A stretch of 64,000 nucleotides of DNA, from positions 35,546 through 99,545 of the forward strand of contig DATAWK010000036.1 in NCBI GenBank assembly GCA_036267255.1. The letters are read 5' to 3'. The notes beneath the pieces are model-generated. The model saw only the letters and a list, made by a program, of their open reading frames with translations, made no database searches and was not told the origin of the DNA. This document shows, piece by piece, positions 31,566 through 39,099 of the stretch. The position numbers were made by a program, and so were the translations under genes. This DNA comes from Acidobacteriaceae bacterium (lineage in GTDB: Bacteria; Acidobacteriota; Terriglobia; Terriglobales; Acidobacteriaceae). The stretch's first letter is position 1. Each line of letters opens with the position of its first letter.

Positions 31566-31985
31566 CTAAAGACGATCCAGAGTTTGCCGATCGAACTCGC
31601 CGTCGAAATACTTTTTTAACGCATCGAGAAAGGCTTCGTTTTCCGCGGTTGCATAGGCGAACAGGGTCATGGAGGATTGGAACTTGAGATGGTCGGGATA
31701 GCCGAAAATCTGATCGATCGATTTTCCTTCAATCAACGTGACCAGCCGGGTACACTCCCGCAATCTGGGGCCGAGTAGTGAATGCTCTAAATACGCTTTT
31801 GCCTCCTCGCGGGAAGACAGGTCGAAATATCGCGCTGTTTCGCTGAGACCAAGACCCCTGATTTGCGGGAAGATGAACCACATCCAATGGCTTGTTTTTC
31901 TGCCGTGACGCAGTTCCGCGTATACCTGCTCCAGGACGGGATTCTGTGCATCCACAAACCGCTGCAAATTGTACGGGGCGTTCAT
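31566..31985 (-). CDS. DUF1810 family protein
   Basis: ORF 31566..32066 trimmed to the ATG at 31985 (MNAPYNLQRFVDAQ). LQRFVDAQ...HWMWFIFPQIRGLGLSETARYF is the DUF1810 signature. The start lies 17 nt after the higA stop. Confidence 0.8.
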   Translation of the reverse strand: MNAPYNLQRFVDAQNPVLEQVYAELRHGRKTSHWMWFIFPQIRGLGLSETARYFDLSSREEAKAYLEHSLLGPRLRECTRLVTLIEGKSIDQIFGYPDHLKFQSSMTLFAYATAENEAFLDALKKYFDGEFDRQTLDRL

Positions 31986-32002
31986 GGCAAGACAGTTGGC
32001 TT

Positions 32003-32287
32003 CTATGCTGCTGCGTTCCGCGCCAGCGGCTTTACCTTGGTGCGTTTCTTTTGCGAAGCTTCCCAAAGATCGCGCTGCATCTGCAGGCGGAGCCAGAAGT
32101 CCGCATCCGTGTTGAATGCCTCCGAGATGCGCAGAGCCATGTCAGCGGAGATTCCAGCCCTGCCGTTCAAGACCCGTGAAAGTGTTGGCCGAGTCACTCC
32201 GAGGTGGCGCGCCACCTCGGTCACAGACCGGCCACCAAGGTAGTTGGCAAGAATCTTTCCGGGGTGAGCTGGATTGTGCATGCGCAT
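32003..32287 (-). CDS. higA: HigA-family antitoxin (XRE-type HTH)
   Basis: HPGKILANYLGGRSVTEVARHLGVTRPTLSRVLNGRAGISADMALRISEAFNTDADFWLRLQ is the classic HigA/VapI HTH. The gene lies 18 nt downstream of higB. Confidence 0.9.
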   Translation of the reverse strand: MRMHNPAHPGKILANYLGGRSVTEVARHLGVTRPTLSRVLNGRAGISADMALRISEAFNTDADFWLRLQMQRDLWEASQKKRTKVKPLARNAAA

Positions 32288-32305
32288 GACAGAAACTTCC
32301 TTTCT

Positions 32306-32584
32306 TCAGTGATAATCCTGATAGTCGACGAGGACAGCATCTTCGCCCTCAAACGTAAATATGAGCCGCCAATTTCCATTGACACTGACGGCCCAATGTC
32401 CCCTGAGACCGGCAGTCAATGGATGCCATTGCCATCCGGGAATGTTCATTTGCTCCGGCTTGGCAGCGACGTTTAAGACAGCAAGCTGTTCGCTGAGCTT
32501 CGCGGCGTGCATCGGCTGAATACCTGCCTTCGATCCTGTGCGAAAGAATTTCTCGATGCCCTTATGCCGGAAACTCCGAACCAT
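32306..32584 (-). CDS. higB: HigB toxin (RelE/ParE superfamily, plasmid maintenance system killer)
   Basis: ORF 32306..32839 trimmed to the ATG at 32584. MVRSFRHKGIEKFFRTGSKAGIQPMHAAKL...GNWRLIFTFEGEDAVLVDYQDYH matches the HigB pattern along its whole 92-aa length. Confidence 0.9.
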   Translation of the reverse strand: MVRSFRHKGIEKFFRTGSKAGIQPMHAAKLSEQLAVLNVAAKPEQMNIPGWQWHPLTAGLRGHWAVSVNGNWRLIFTFEGEDAVLVDYQDYH

Positions 32585-32658
32585 AGTTGACATAATTGTA
32601 CGGCGTAACGCTACACCGCACACCATAAAAAATCGACGCCTCTGGCATTGATATAACC

Positions 32659-32684
32659 CTGTATATGCAATATTGTATATACAG
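32659..32684. promoter_or_regulatory. 26-bp near-perfect palindrome, candidate TA operator abutting the brnT start
   Basis: CTGTATATGCAATATTGTATATACAG differs from its reverse complement at a single symmetric pair. It ends one base before the brnT ATG (32685), and TTGATA at 32648-32653 could be a -35. Confidence 0.6.
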
Positions 32685-32972
32685 ATGCGATTTACCTGGG
32701 ATGCGCCGAAGGATCGCAGCAACCGGCAGAAGCATGGCATTGGGTTCGATACGGCGGCGCGGGTCTTCCTCGATCCCTGGCACATTACCCGCCATGACCG
32801 AATAGTCGAAGGCGAAAAGCGTTGGCAGACGATCGGCATGGTAGACGGCGTTCTGCTCCTTCTGATCGCCTACGCTGTGGTGGACGAGGAAGAAGAGGTC
32901 CTTCGCATCATTTCAGCACGCAAGGTCACTCGACAGGAGCGAATGGAATATGAAGCGGCGAACAAAATCTAA
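32685..32972 (+). CDS. brnT: BrnT toxin (DUF497 ribonuclease toxin)
   Basis: MRFTWDAPKDRSNRQKHGIGFDTAARVFLDP...RIISARKVTRQE is the BrnT/DUF497 pattern. The ORF track starts at TTG 32673; the ATG at 32685 is preferred. Confidence 0.88.
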   Translation: MRFTWDAPKDRSNRQKHGIGFDTAARVFLDPWHITRHDRIVEGEKRWQTIGMVDGVLLLLIAYAVVDEEEEVLRIISARKVTRQERMEYEAANKI

Positions 32973-33267
32973 ACCAGTCGTCTACGAATTGAAGTCTGGG
33001 CAACCGCTGACCGCCCGCCAGAAGCGGGAGATTCAGGCACTGGCGACAATGCCCGAAGGCAAAATCGATACTTCGGACATTCCAGAGCTTCCGCCCGGAG
33101 CCTGGAAGAACGCAGTGCAGGGTAAGTGGTATCGCCCTGTGAAACACCCTGTATCCATCCGCCTGGATGCGGATGTGCTGGCCTGGCTGAAGGCGAAGGG
33201 CAACGGCTATCAGACGAAAGTGAACATCTTTCTAAGAGAAAAAATGCTGAAGGAAATCGGCAGGTAA
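32950..33267 (+). CDS. brnA: BrnA antitoxin
   Basis: It overlaps brnT by 23 nt. DTSDIPELPPGAWKNAV...KHPVSIRLDADVLAWLKAKGNGYQTKVNIFLRE is the BrnA pattern. Confidence 0.88.
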   Translation: MKRRTKSKPVVYELKSGQPLTARQKREIQALATMPEGKIDTSDIPELPPGAWKNAVQGKWYRPVKHPVSIRLDADVLAWLKAKGNGYQTKVNIFLREKMLKEIGR

Positions 33268-33426
33268 CACTTATCTTCAACCCATTGCTCAGAAAATCTG
33301 GCGCCATAACTGCTGACATATTGCGTGCTGTTTGACCCGAGCATCGATATAAACTTGAATCACTGCGTATTTTTATGATGTCGTAAGCGTTACGGCTCCC
33401 TCCCCAAGCGCCGGTTCTCAGTACAC

Positions 33427-34608
33427 TTGTGGGCTTCCATGGAAACTCGGATTATCCTGATCGTCGGTTCGATTCTGCTCTGCTGCGGATGCATCGGGCT
33501 TTTGATTGTGCGTCTCAGCAATCCATTTTTTAAAGGACTGGGGTGGCTGGGAGGCGCTTTCGCAGCCGGTGGCGTTGGCGCCGGCATTCTCGTCTTCAAC
33601 ATCAGCGCTACATCCGGGGTCTCCGTGCTCATTGCCGACACGTTGATTCTTCTGGCGTATGTCTTTTTGCATCTCTGCATTCTGGAGCTGACCGAGAACA
33701 AGGTACGCCTGCCTAGGCTGGGAATCACTCTGCTCGTTGTCCAGGCCATTGCCTATCCGGTCTTTCGATCCTTCAACCAGGCCCGGGGACTTTGCGTCGT
33801 GACCCTGGGATGCCTGCTCGCGATCCAGGCATTGCAGAGCGCCGCGCAGTTGAGGAAGAGCGCCAAAGCAAAGGTACTGCCGCACATATGGTTCAGCACC
33901 CTGTTGCTGGTCGGCTTTGCATGCTTCAATGTGTTCCGTAGTGTCGCGGTCCTCAGCCTGGGAACACCGCAGGATCCTCTGGCGCCCAATCCGTTTGAGG
34001 CGCTTGCCGCGATCGTCTTTCTCAGCGTCGGGCTTGGCCTTGGCTTCGGCATGTTCTGGATGGCCAGTGCAGAGATCCGTCTGAAGCTGGAGGCACTGGC
34101 AAACACAGATTCGTTGACCGGTCTGTGCAATCGCCGCTCTTTCCTCACCTGGTGCGATCGCGAACTGTTGATCAGCACGCGAACCAAGAAACCTTTCTCT
34201 CTCATCCTGATTGACCTGGACAACTTCAAGCAGATCAATGACAGCTACGGCCACCATGCCGGAGACGCCGCGTTGTGTAGCGTGGTGGAAAAGCTTCGCC
34301 ACGGCGTGCGCAACATCGATGTCCTCGGCAGGTGGGGTGGTGAGGAGTTCGTTGTCCTGCTACCCGGAGCAACTTCTGTGGCAGCATTGCGTGTAGCGCA
34401 GCGATTGCGCGGCAGCGTCGCATCGCTCCAGATCGTGAAACCTGCGGTGAAAGCAGCTGGGGATGGAGCCACCATCACCATCAGCCAGGGCGTGGCGACC
34501 TATCTTGGCGACGGAGACACGATCGACGATTTACTGCGTCGCTGCGATAGCGCGCTGTATCAGGCAAAAGCGGATGGACGCAATCGGGTGGTGCAGAAAA
34601 GCGTATAG
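33427..34608 (+). CDS. Membrane-anchored diguanylate cyclase (GGDEF)
   Basis: About 6 N-terminal TM helices, then LTGLCNRRSF, LIDLDNFKQINDSYGHHAGD and RWGGEEFVVLLPG (the GGEEF active site). The start is TTG 33427 or ATG 33439. Confidence 0.9.
   Translation: MWASMETRIILIVGSILLCCGCIGLLIVRLSNPFFKGLGWLGGAFAAGGVGAGILVFNISATSGVSVLIADTLILLAYVFLHLCILELTENKVRLPRLGITLLVVQAIAYPVFRSFNQARGLCVVTLGCLLAIQALQSAAQLRKSAKAKVLPHIWFSTLLLVGFACFNVFRSVAVLSLGTPQDPLAPNPFEALAAIVFLSVGLGLGFGMFWMASAEIRLKLEALANTDSLTGLCNRRSFLTWCDRELLISTRTKKPFSLILIDLDNFKQINDSYGHHAGDAALCSVVEKLRHGVRNIDVLGRWGGEEFVVLLPGATSVAALRVAQRLRGSVASLQIVKPAVKAAGDGATITISQGVATYLGDGDTIDDLLRRCDSALYQAKADGRNRVVQKSV
34521..34596 (+). repeat. Direct repeat copy A (76 bp) = genuine 3' end of the GGDEF gene
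   Basis: Identical to 36503..36578 at 74 of 76 positions by direct comparison. Confidence 0.95.
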
Positions 34609-34796
34609 GAGCGCTGCACAAATCAGTGCGTTCCGGGAGGCAGGATGGCTGCAACTATGACCATACCGTCGTGTCAGGCAAATAAAGTGACGTTGCAGGG
34701 ACCGTTCTTTTCGCACAGACACAGAAGAGTTCCCAAAGCGAGACACTTAACGATAAGGTTCTTCATGTCAGCGAATTCGGTCGTGAAAGAATAATC

Positions 34797-36470
34797 ATGA
34801 TCATACCGGGGATAGAAGTGGCATCCGATCGCGTTCCCAATGGAACCAAGAACCGGAGCCGCTGGACAATGGGTGTCTCGGCTGCAGTTTTCGCCTCTAC
34901 GATCCTGCCGCTGCTCCTGTTTCTCAGGCGATTTCCGCGACTCGCTCCTGTGGCCGTCGATTCGGCTGACGCCTTTTACTACCTGACCGTTGCACGAAAC
35001 TCGCTCCATACCACCTTCTATTCCTTCGATGGAACATACCCCACAAATGGATTTCATCCCGTCTGGCAATTCCTGCTCTACACCGCCATGCGCTGGAACG
35101 TTCTCAAGCCAGCCGACCCCGATGTCACACTGCATCGACTGTTCATCGGAAACGCACTTCTCCTCAGCGTTGGGTTTGCTTTGCTGGCTGTCTTTTGTAC
35201 ACGCCATCTGCGCAGACAATGGCTCGCCTTTCCAGCAGTCTGCCCCGGGTTCCTGTGGTTCGCCGTTGCGTTAATCGCACCCGCATACCTGTCCAATTGG
35301 TCCTATCTCAACGGCATGGAGACCTCCGTCGAGCTCATTTGTCTGGGCTTGACGTTGCTTACCTTCACAACAGACGGCAGCTCTAACTTTCGCCTACAGC
35401 TCTCCATGTTCTTCTTCGGATTGACTGTGCTCTGCCGTCTTGATGATGTGTTCTTTTTGTTGCCCATACTGTTTCTGGTCTGGACATCCCGCCACGGACG
35501 TCCGATGCGCCGAACGATCCTTGCTGCCGCCTTGCCGCTAACGATGATCGCGGCGTATCTCGTCTACAACCGTATCTCCGTCGGTGTGTTTATGCCGACC
35601 AGCGGCGCCAGCAAAGCGGCCTTGTCCATTGGGTTGAATGTGCTCTTTGTCCTACAGATGATCCTTCCCGTTCAATGGAACGTTTCTCCTGCAATGAACT
35701 GGTTTCCTGAAACATTCATGAGGGTGTTTCAAATGATTGTTCCGGCAATCATTTGTAGTGTTTTCCTCTTTCGCCGTGGATGGCGCCGATTCGATCTCAT
35801 CGGGGCGCTGTGTCTCGGCGTTTTGTTGAAGAGTCTCTATAACTTCGTAAATGTAGGGCTCTACGAACAGGGGTCCTGGTATTTCGGAGCTTCCATCTTC
35901 GTAGCCAACCTCGTGATTGCTCTCTGGCTAGACCGCACTGCACACTCAGTACAACCTGTCGACGCGAAAGATGTGGGTCCAAACCCCTGGATTGCTGCTG
36001 TTGTCGGGACTATCTTCGTCGGCATCTGTTTCAATATCTATGTAAATCACATAATTGCTAGTGGCACCGGGCGGGAGGCGCTGAGCATTCTCGATCATAG
36101 AGAAACTCTGCGCGCGATGGTGCAGCATGAAGGTTCTGATCGCTTTATTGATATGGACGATGGCGTACTGGCGTACGCCACTGCAATGCCGGCTCTCTCC
36201 GGTCTGGGCCTGGTCCTCGATCCTGAGGCTGCTCAGGCACTGGCTCACGGACATTTCTTTGATATCGCTTTGCAGCGCCACTACTCGCTGATGATGGCAA
36301 GCGGATTGTCCCGAACAGTAATAGATTCGGTTTTGGCATCGAACAAGCATGGGTCTAAAAGCTCGATGGATTTAATCTCTGCTCATGAATTTGACCACTA
36401 TGCTCTCACTCCAGTGGCATTCGATCCAACAAGCGGTGTGGAACTCTATCGCATCACACCGAAGCACTGA
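34797..36470 (+). CDS. Polytopic membrane protein, possibly GT-C-fold glycosyltransferase (ArnT/PMT-like)
   Basis: 557 aa with about 12 or more TM helices. The first extracytoplasmic loop carries the acidic/aromatic motif VDSADAFYYLTVARN, reminiscent of GT-C enzymes. No other motif is recognised. Confidence 0.45.
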   Translation: MIIPGIEVASDRVPNGTKNRSRWTMGVSAAVFASTILPLLLFLRRFPRLAPVAVDSADAFYYLTVARNSLHTTFYSFDGTYPTNGFHPVWQFLLYTAMRWNVLKPADPDVTLHRLFIGNALLLSVGFALLAVFCTRHLRRQWLAFPAVCPGFLWFAVALIAPAYLSNWSYLNGMETSVELICLGLTLLTFTTDGSSNFRLQLSMFFFGLTVLCRLDDVFFLLPILFLVWTSRHGRPMRRTILAAALPLTMIAAYLVYNRISVGVFMPTSGASKAALSIGLNVLFVLQMILPVQWNVSPAMNWFPETFMRVFQMIVPAIICSVFLFRRGWRRFDLIGALCLGVLLKSLYNFVNVGLYEQGSWYFGASIFVANLVIALWLDRTAHSVQPVDAKDVGPNPWIAAVVGTIFVGICFNIYVNHIIASGTGREALSILDHRETLRAMVQHEGSDRFIDMDDGVLAYATAMPALSGLGLVLDPEAAQALAHGHFFDIALQRHYSLMMASGLSRTVIDSVLASNKHGSKSSMDLISAHEFDHYALTPVAFDPTSGVELYRITPKH

Positions 36471-36502
36471 AACTTGAATTGCCAGATATTTGGAGCGAAA
36501 AG

Positions 36503-36578
36503 GATCGATGATTTACTGCGTCGCTGCGATAGCGCGCTGTATCAGGCAAAAGCGGATGGACGCAATCGTGTGGTGCAG
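36503..36578 (+). repeat. Direct repeat copy B (76 bp)
   Basis: Near-identical to 34521..34596, with mismatches C/T at repeat position 7 and G/T near the 3' end. Confidence 0.95.
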
Positions 36579-36590
36579 GTGAACATGTAG
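36504..36590 (+). pseudogene. Orphan 3' fragment of a GGDEF-domain gene
   Basis: Encodes IDDLLRRCDSALYQAKADGRNRVVQVNM* (the last helix of a GGDEF domain). No GGDEF body lies upstream, because the frame is closed by the stop of the 557-aa gene at 36468-36470. Confidence 0.7.
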
Positions 36591-36668
36591 GTGTTGCTGT
36601 ATAAATCCTGCGGGGCAATCAGGCTCAGCGGGGCGACCAGTCTCAGCGGGCCGCCCGCGAAGGGGCAA

Positions 36669-37490
36669 TCAGGCCTGAATGAAGGCGAGCAGGTCGGCAT
36701 TGATCTGGTCCGCATGGATTTGGCACATTCCGTGAGGAAAGCCCGGATAGACCTTGAGCGTGGCGTTCTTGACGATCTTCGCGGACATGAGACCGGAGGC
36801 GCCGATGGGAACGATCTGGTCATCATCGCCGTGAAGAATCAGCGTGGGAATGTCGATCTTCTTGAGATCTTCGGTGAAGTCGGTCTCAGAAAATGCCTTG
36901 ACGGTGTCGTATTCGCTCTTGTGCGATCCCAGCATGCCCTGAAGCCAGAAATTGTCTCGTACCCCCTCGGAAATCCTGGCGTTGGGCCGGTTGTAACCGT
37001 AAAAGGGTAGCGAGAGGTCCTTGTAGAACTGCGAACGGTCCGCGACCAGGCCAGCGCGTATCCCATCAAAAACAGAGAGCGGCAGACCGCCGGGATTCTT
37101 GTCCGTCTTTAACATCAGCGGCGGTACCGCGCCGATCAGCACGGCCTTGGCGACGCGCTTGGAACCATGCCGGCCCAGATAACGGGCAACCTCGCCGCCA
37201 CCAGTAGAGTGCCCGACCATCACGGCATTCATAAGATCGAGCGTCTCAAACAGTTCCGCCAGGTCGTCGGCATACGTGTCCATATCATTGCCATCCCACG
37301 GCTGGCTGGAACGTCCGTTGCCGCGCCGGTCATGCGCAATAACGCGATAGCCCTTCTGTCCAAAAAAGAGCATTTGCGCGTCCCAGGCGTCTGCCGTCAG
37401 CGGCCAGCCATGGGAAAACACAATGGGTTGCCCTGTACCCCAATCCTTGAAATAGATCGTTGTATCGCCTTTAACTTTGATGGTGTTCAT
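36669..37490 (-). CDS. Alpha/beta hydrolase, non-heme haloperoxidase/arylesterase type
   Basis: 273 aa. [20 protein letters not shown], the nucleophile elbow VGHSTGG and the C-terminal PHGM are typical of the cofactor-free chloroperoxidase/esterase clade. Confidence 0.85.
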   Translation of the reverse strand: MNTIKVKGDTTIYFKDWGTGQPIVFSHGWPLTADAWDAQMLFFGQKGYRVIAHDRRGNGRSSQPWDGNDMDTYADDLAELFETLDLMNAVMVGHSTGGGEVARYLGRHGSKRVAKAVLIGAVPPLMLKTDKNPGGLPLSVFDGIRAGLVADRSQFYKDLSLPFYGYNRPNARISEGVRDNFWLQGMLGSHKSEYDTVKAFSETDFTEDLKKIDIPTLILHGDDDQIVPIGASGLMSAKIVKNATLKVYPGFPHGMCQIHADQINADLLAFIQA

Positions 37491-37525
37491 GTGGTGTTCC
37501 CCTTTCTTTTTTCTTTATAGGCCTT

Positions 37526-37562
37526 CCTTGTTGTTGCCCTGTAAAACATGGCAACAACAAGG
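37526..37562. other. Perfect 13-bp inverted repeat between mntH and the hydrolase gene (possible terminator hairpin)
   Basis: CCTTGTTGTTGCC (37526-37538) pairs with GGCAACAACAAGG (37550-37562) across an 11-nt loop. No clear U-tract on either strand. Confidence 0.4.
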
Positions 37563-37583
37563 CTCTCTGCGACTGCACCGGAG

Positions 37584-38928
37584 TTACAACATTTGCACAA
37601 TCAACAATGCGTTGAGCGCGAGAATCACGGCAACGGTAAGCCAGCCGAGCCAGGCCGTCAAGCGGCGATTCACAAATTGCCGCATCAACTGGCTGCGGCC
37701 CGTAAGAATCAGCAGCGGGATGAGCGCGAAGGGCAGTGTAAAGCTGAGCAGCACCTGCGAGAAAAGGATGATCTTCAGCGGGCTGAGACCGACGGCAATC
37801 ACCACCAGCGCTGGCACCAGCGTGATAAGGCGGCGCAGAAAGACGCTGAACTTGATGTTCAGAAAGCCTTCAAGAATCATCTGCCCGGCCATGGTGCCAA
37901 CCGTAGACGACGACAACCCAGAACAAAGCAGCGCCACAGCGAAAACCATCGCGGAAAACGAACCGAGCAGCGGTCCCAAAGTGTGATGCGCCTCTTCCAC
38001 GCTCTCTACCGGATGGCCCAGTTTTGCGAACGCGGCAGCGGCAACAATCAGCATGGCGGAGTTGATGAGCCACGCTCCGTTCATGGCGGCAAAAACATCG
38101 ACCAGCTCAAACTGCAGCAGGCGAATGCGGTGATGGTGCGGATTGTGACTGGGATCGGCCTGTGCCTCCTGCTCCTCCCGCACGATACTTTCCCGCACAC
38201 GCGGCTGCACCAGCCCGGAGTGGAGATAGACGACGTGAGGCATCACAGTCGCTCCCAGGATGGCGACGGCGACATAAATACTGTTGTGGTTCACCGTGGG
38301 AACCAGCGTGTAGAACGCCGCTGCCTTCCAATTGATATGCAACAGGAAAACTTCGAACGCGTAGCAGATGCCAATGACGAAAACGAAGCCCATGATAGCG
38401 ATTTCCAGCATGCGGAAACCGTAGAGCTCCAACGCGAGAATGGCGAAGACGCAAATCGCGGCGATCACGGCGGCCGCCAGCAGAACACTGGTCTTGGACC
38501 ATCCGGCATCCATCCAGCGCTGGCCAAAGAGCAGGTAAAAACCCAGTGCGGCCCCAAGAAACTCCGTCATATCGGTGGCCACGGCGGAAACTTCCGCAGC
38601 GATCCAAAGCCAGATGGTAGTGCTGCGGGAAAATTGATCGCGGCAACTCTGCGGCAGCGTGCGTCCGGTGGCGATGCCCAGCTTGGCGGAAAGATACTGG
38701 ATGAGAATGGCCATCAGGTTCGACCACAACAGCACCCACAACAATTGATAACCGAACTCCGAGCCTCCCTGGATGTTCGCAACAAAATTTCCCGGGTCAA
38801 TATACGCGATGCTGGCGACAAAGGCCGGTCCGAAGTAGCTCCATAACTGGCCGCTGCGCAGTTCCGGCAACCAGCGGAAGCGCGGAGGCTGATTTGAGAC
38901 CCTCGGATTTGGAGGAGTGGTCGCCATA
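37584..38928 (-). CDS. mntH: NRAMP-family divalent metal (Mn2+/Fe2+) transporter
   Basis: ORF 37584..39428 trimmed to the ATG at 38928 (MATTPPNPRV). AYIDPGNFVANIQGGSEFGYQLLWV contains the NRAMP DPGN motif. 448 aa, about 11 TM helices. Confidence 0.9.
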
Positions 38929-39099
38929 GGATGGGTAGTACGCACGAACCGAAATCCCAGTATAAGGTGTAGCGTGGCTGCTTCTTGTTTGAGAATCGTT
39001 CCTGACGCACGGGAGCATTTCGGCTGTTCAGTTTGACTTCCCTGCTGCCGTTTCCTAGCCTGATGTTTAGTCGTTCTATTTTTCGGAGTACGCCTCAAC

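Noticed and set aside
34767-35219. Remainder of the 181-aa minus-strand ORF 34674..35219.
   Set aside because: It is antisense to the 557-aa membrane protein gene and has no features of its own. Only its last 30 codons lie in intergenic DNA; these are reported separately at low interest.
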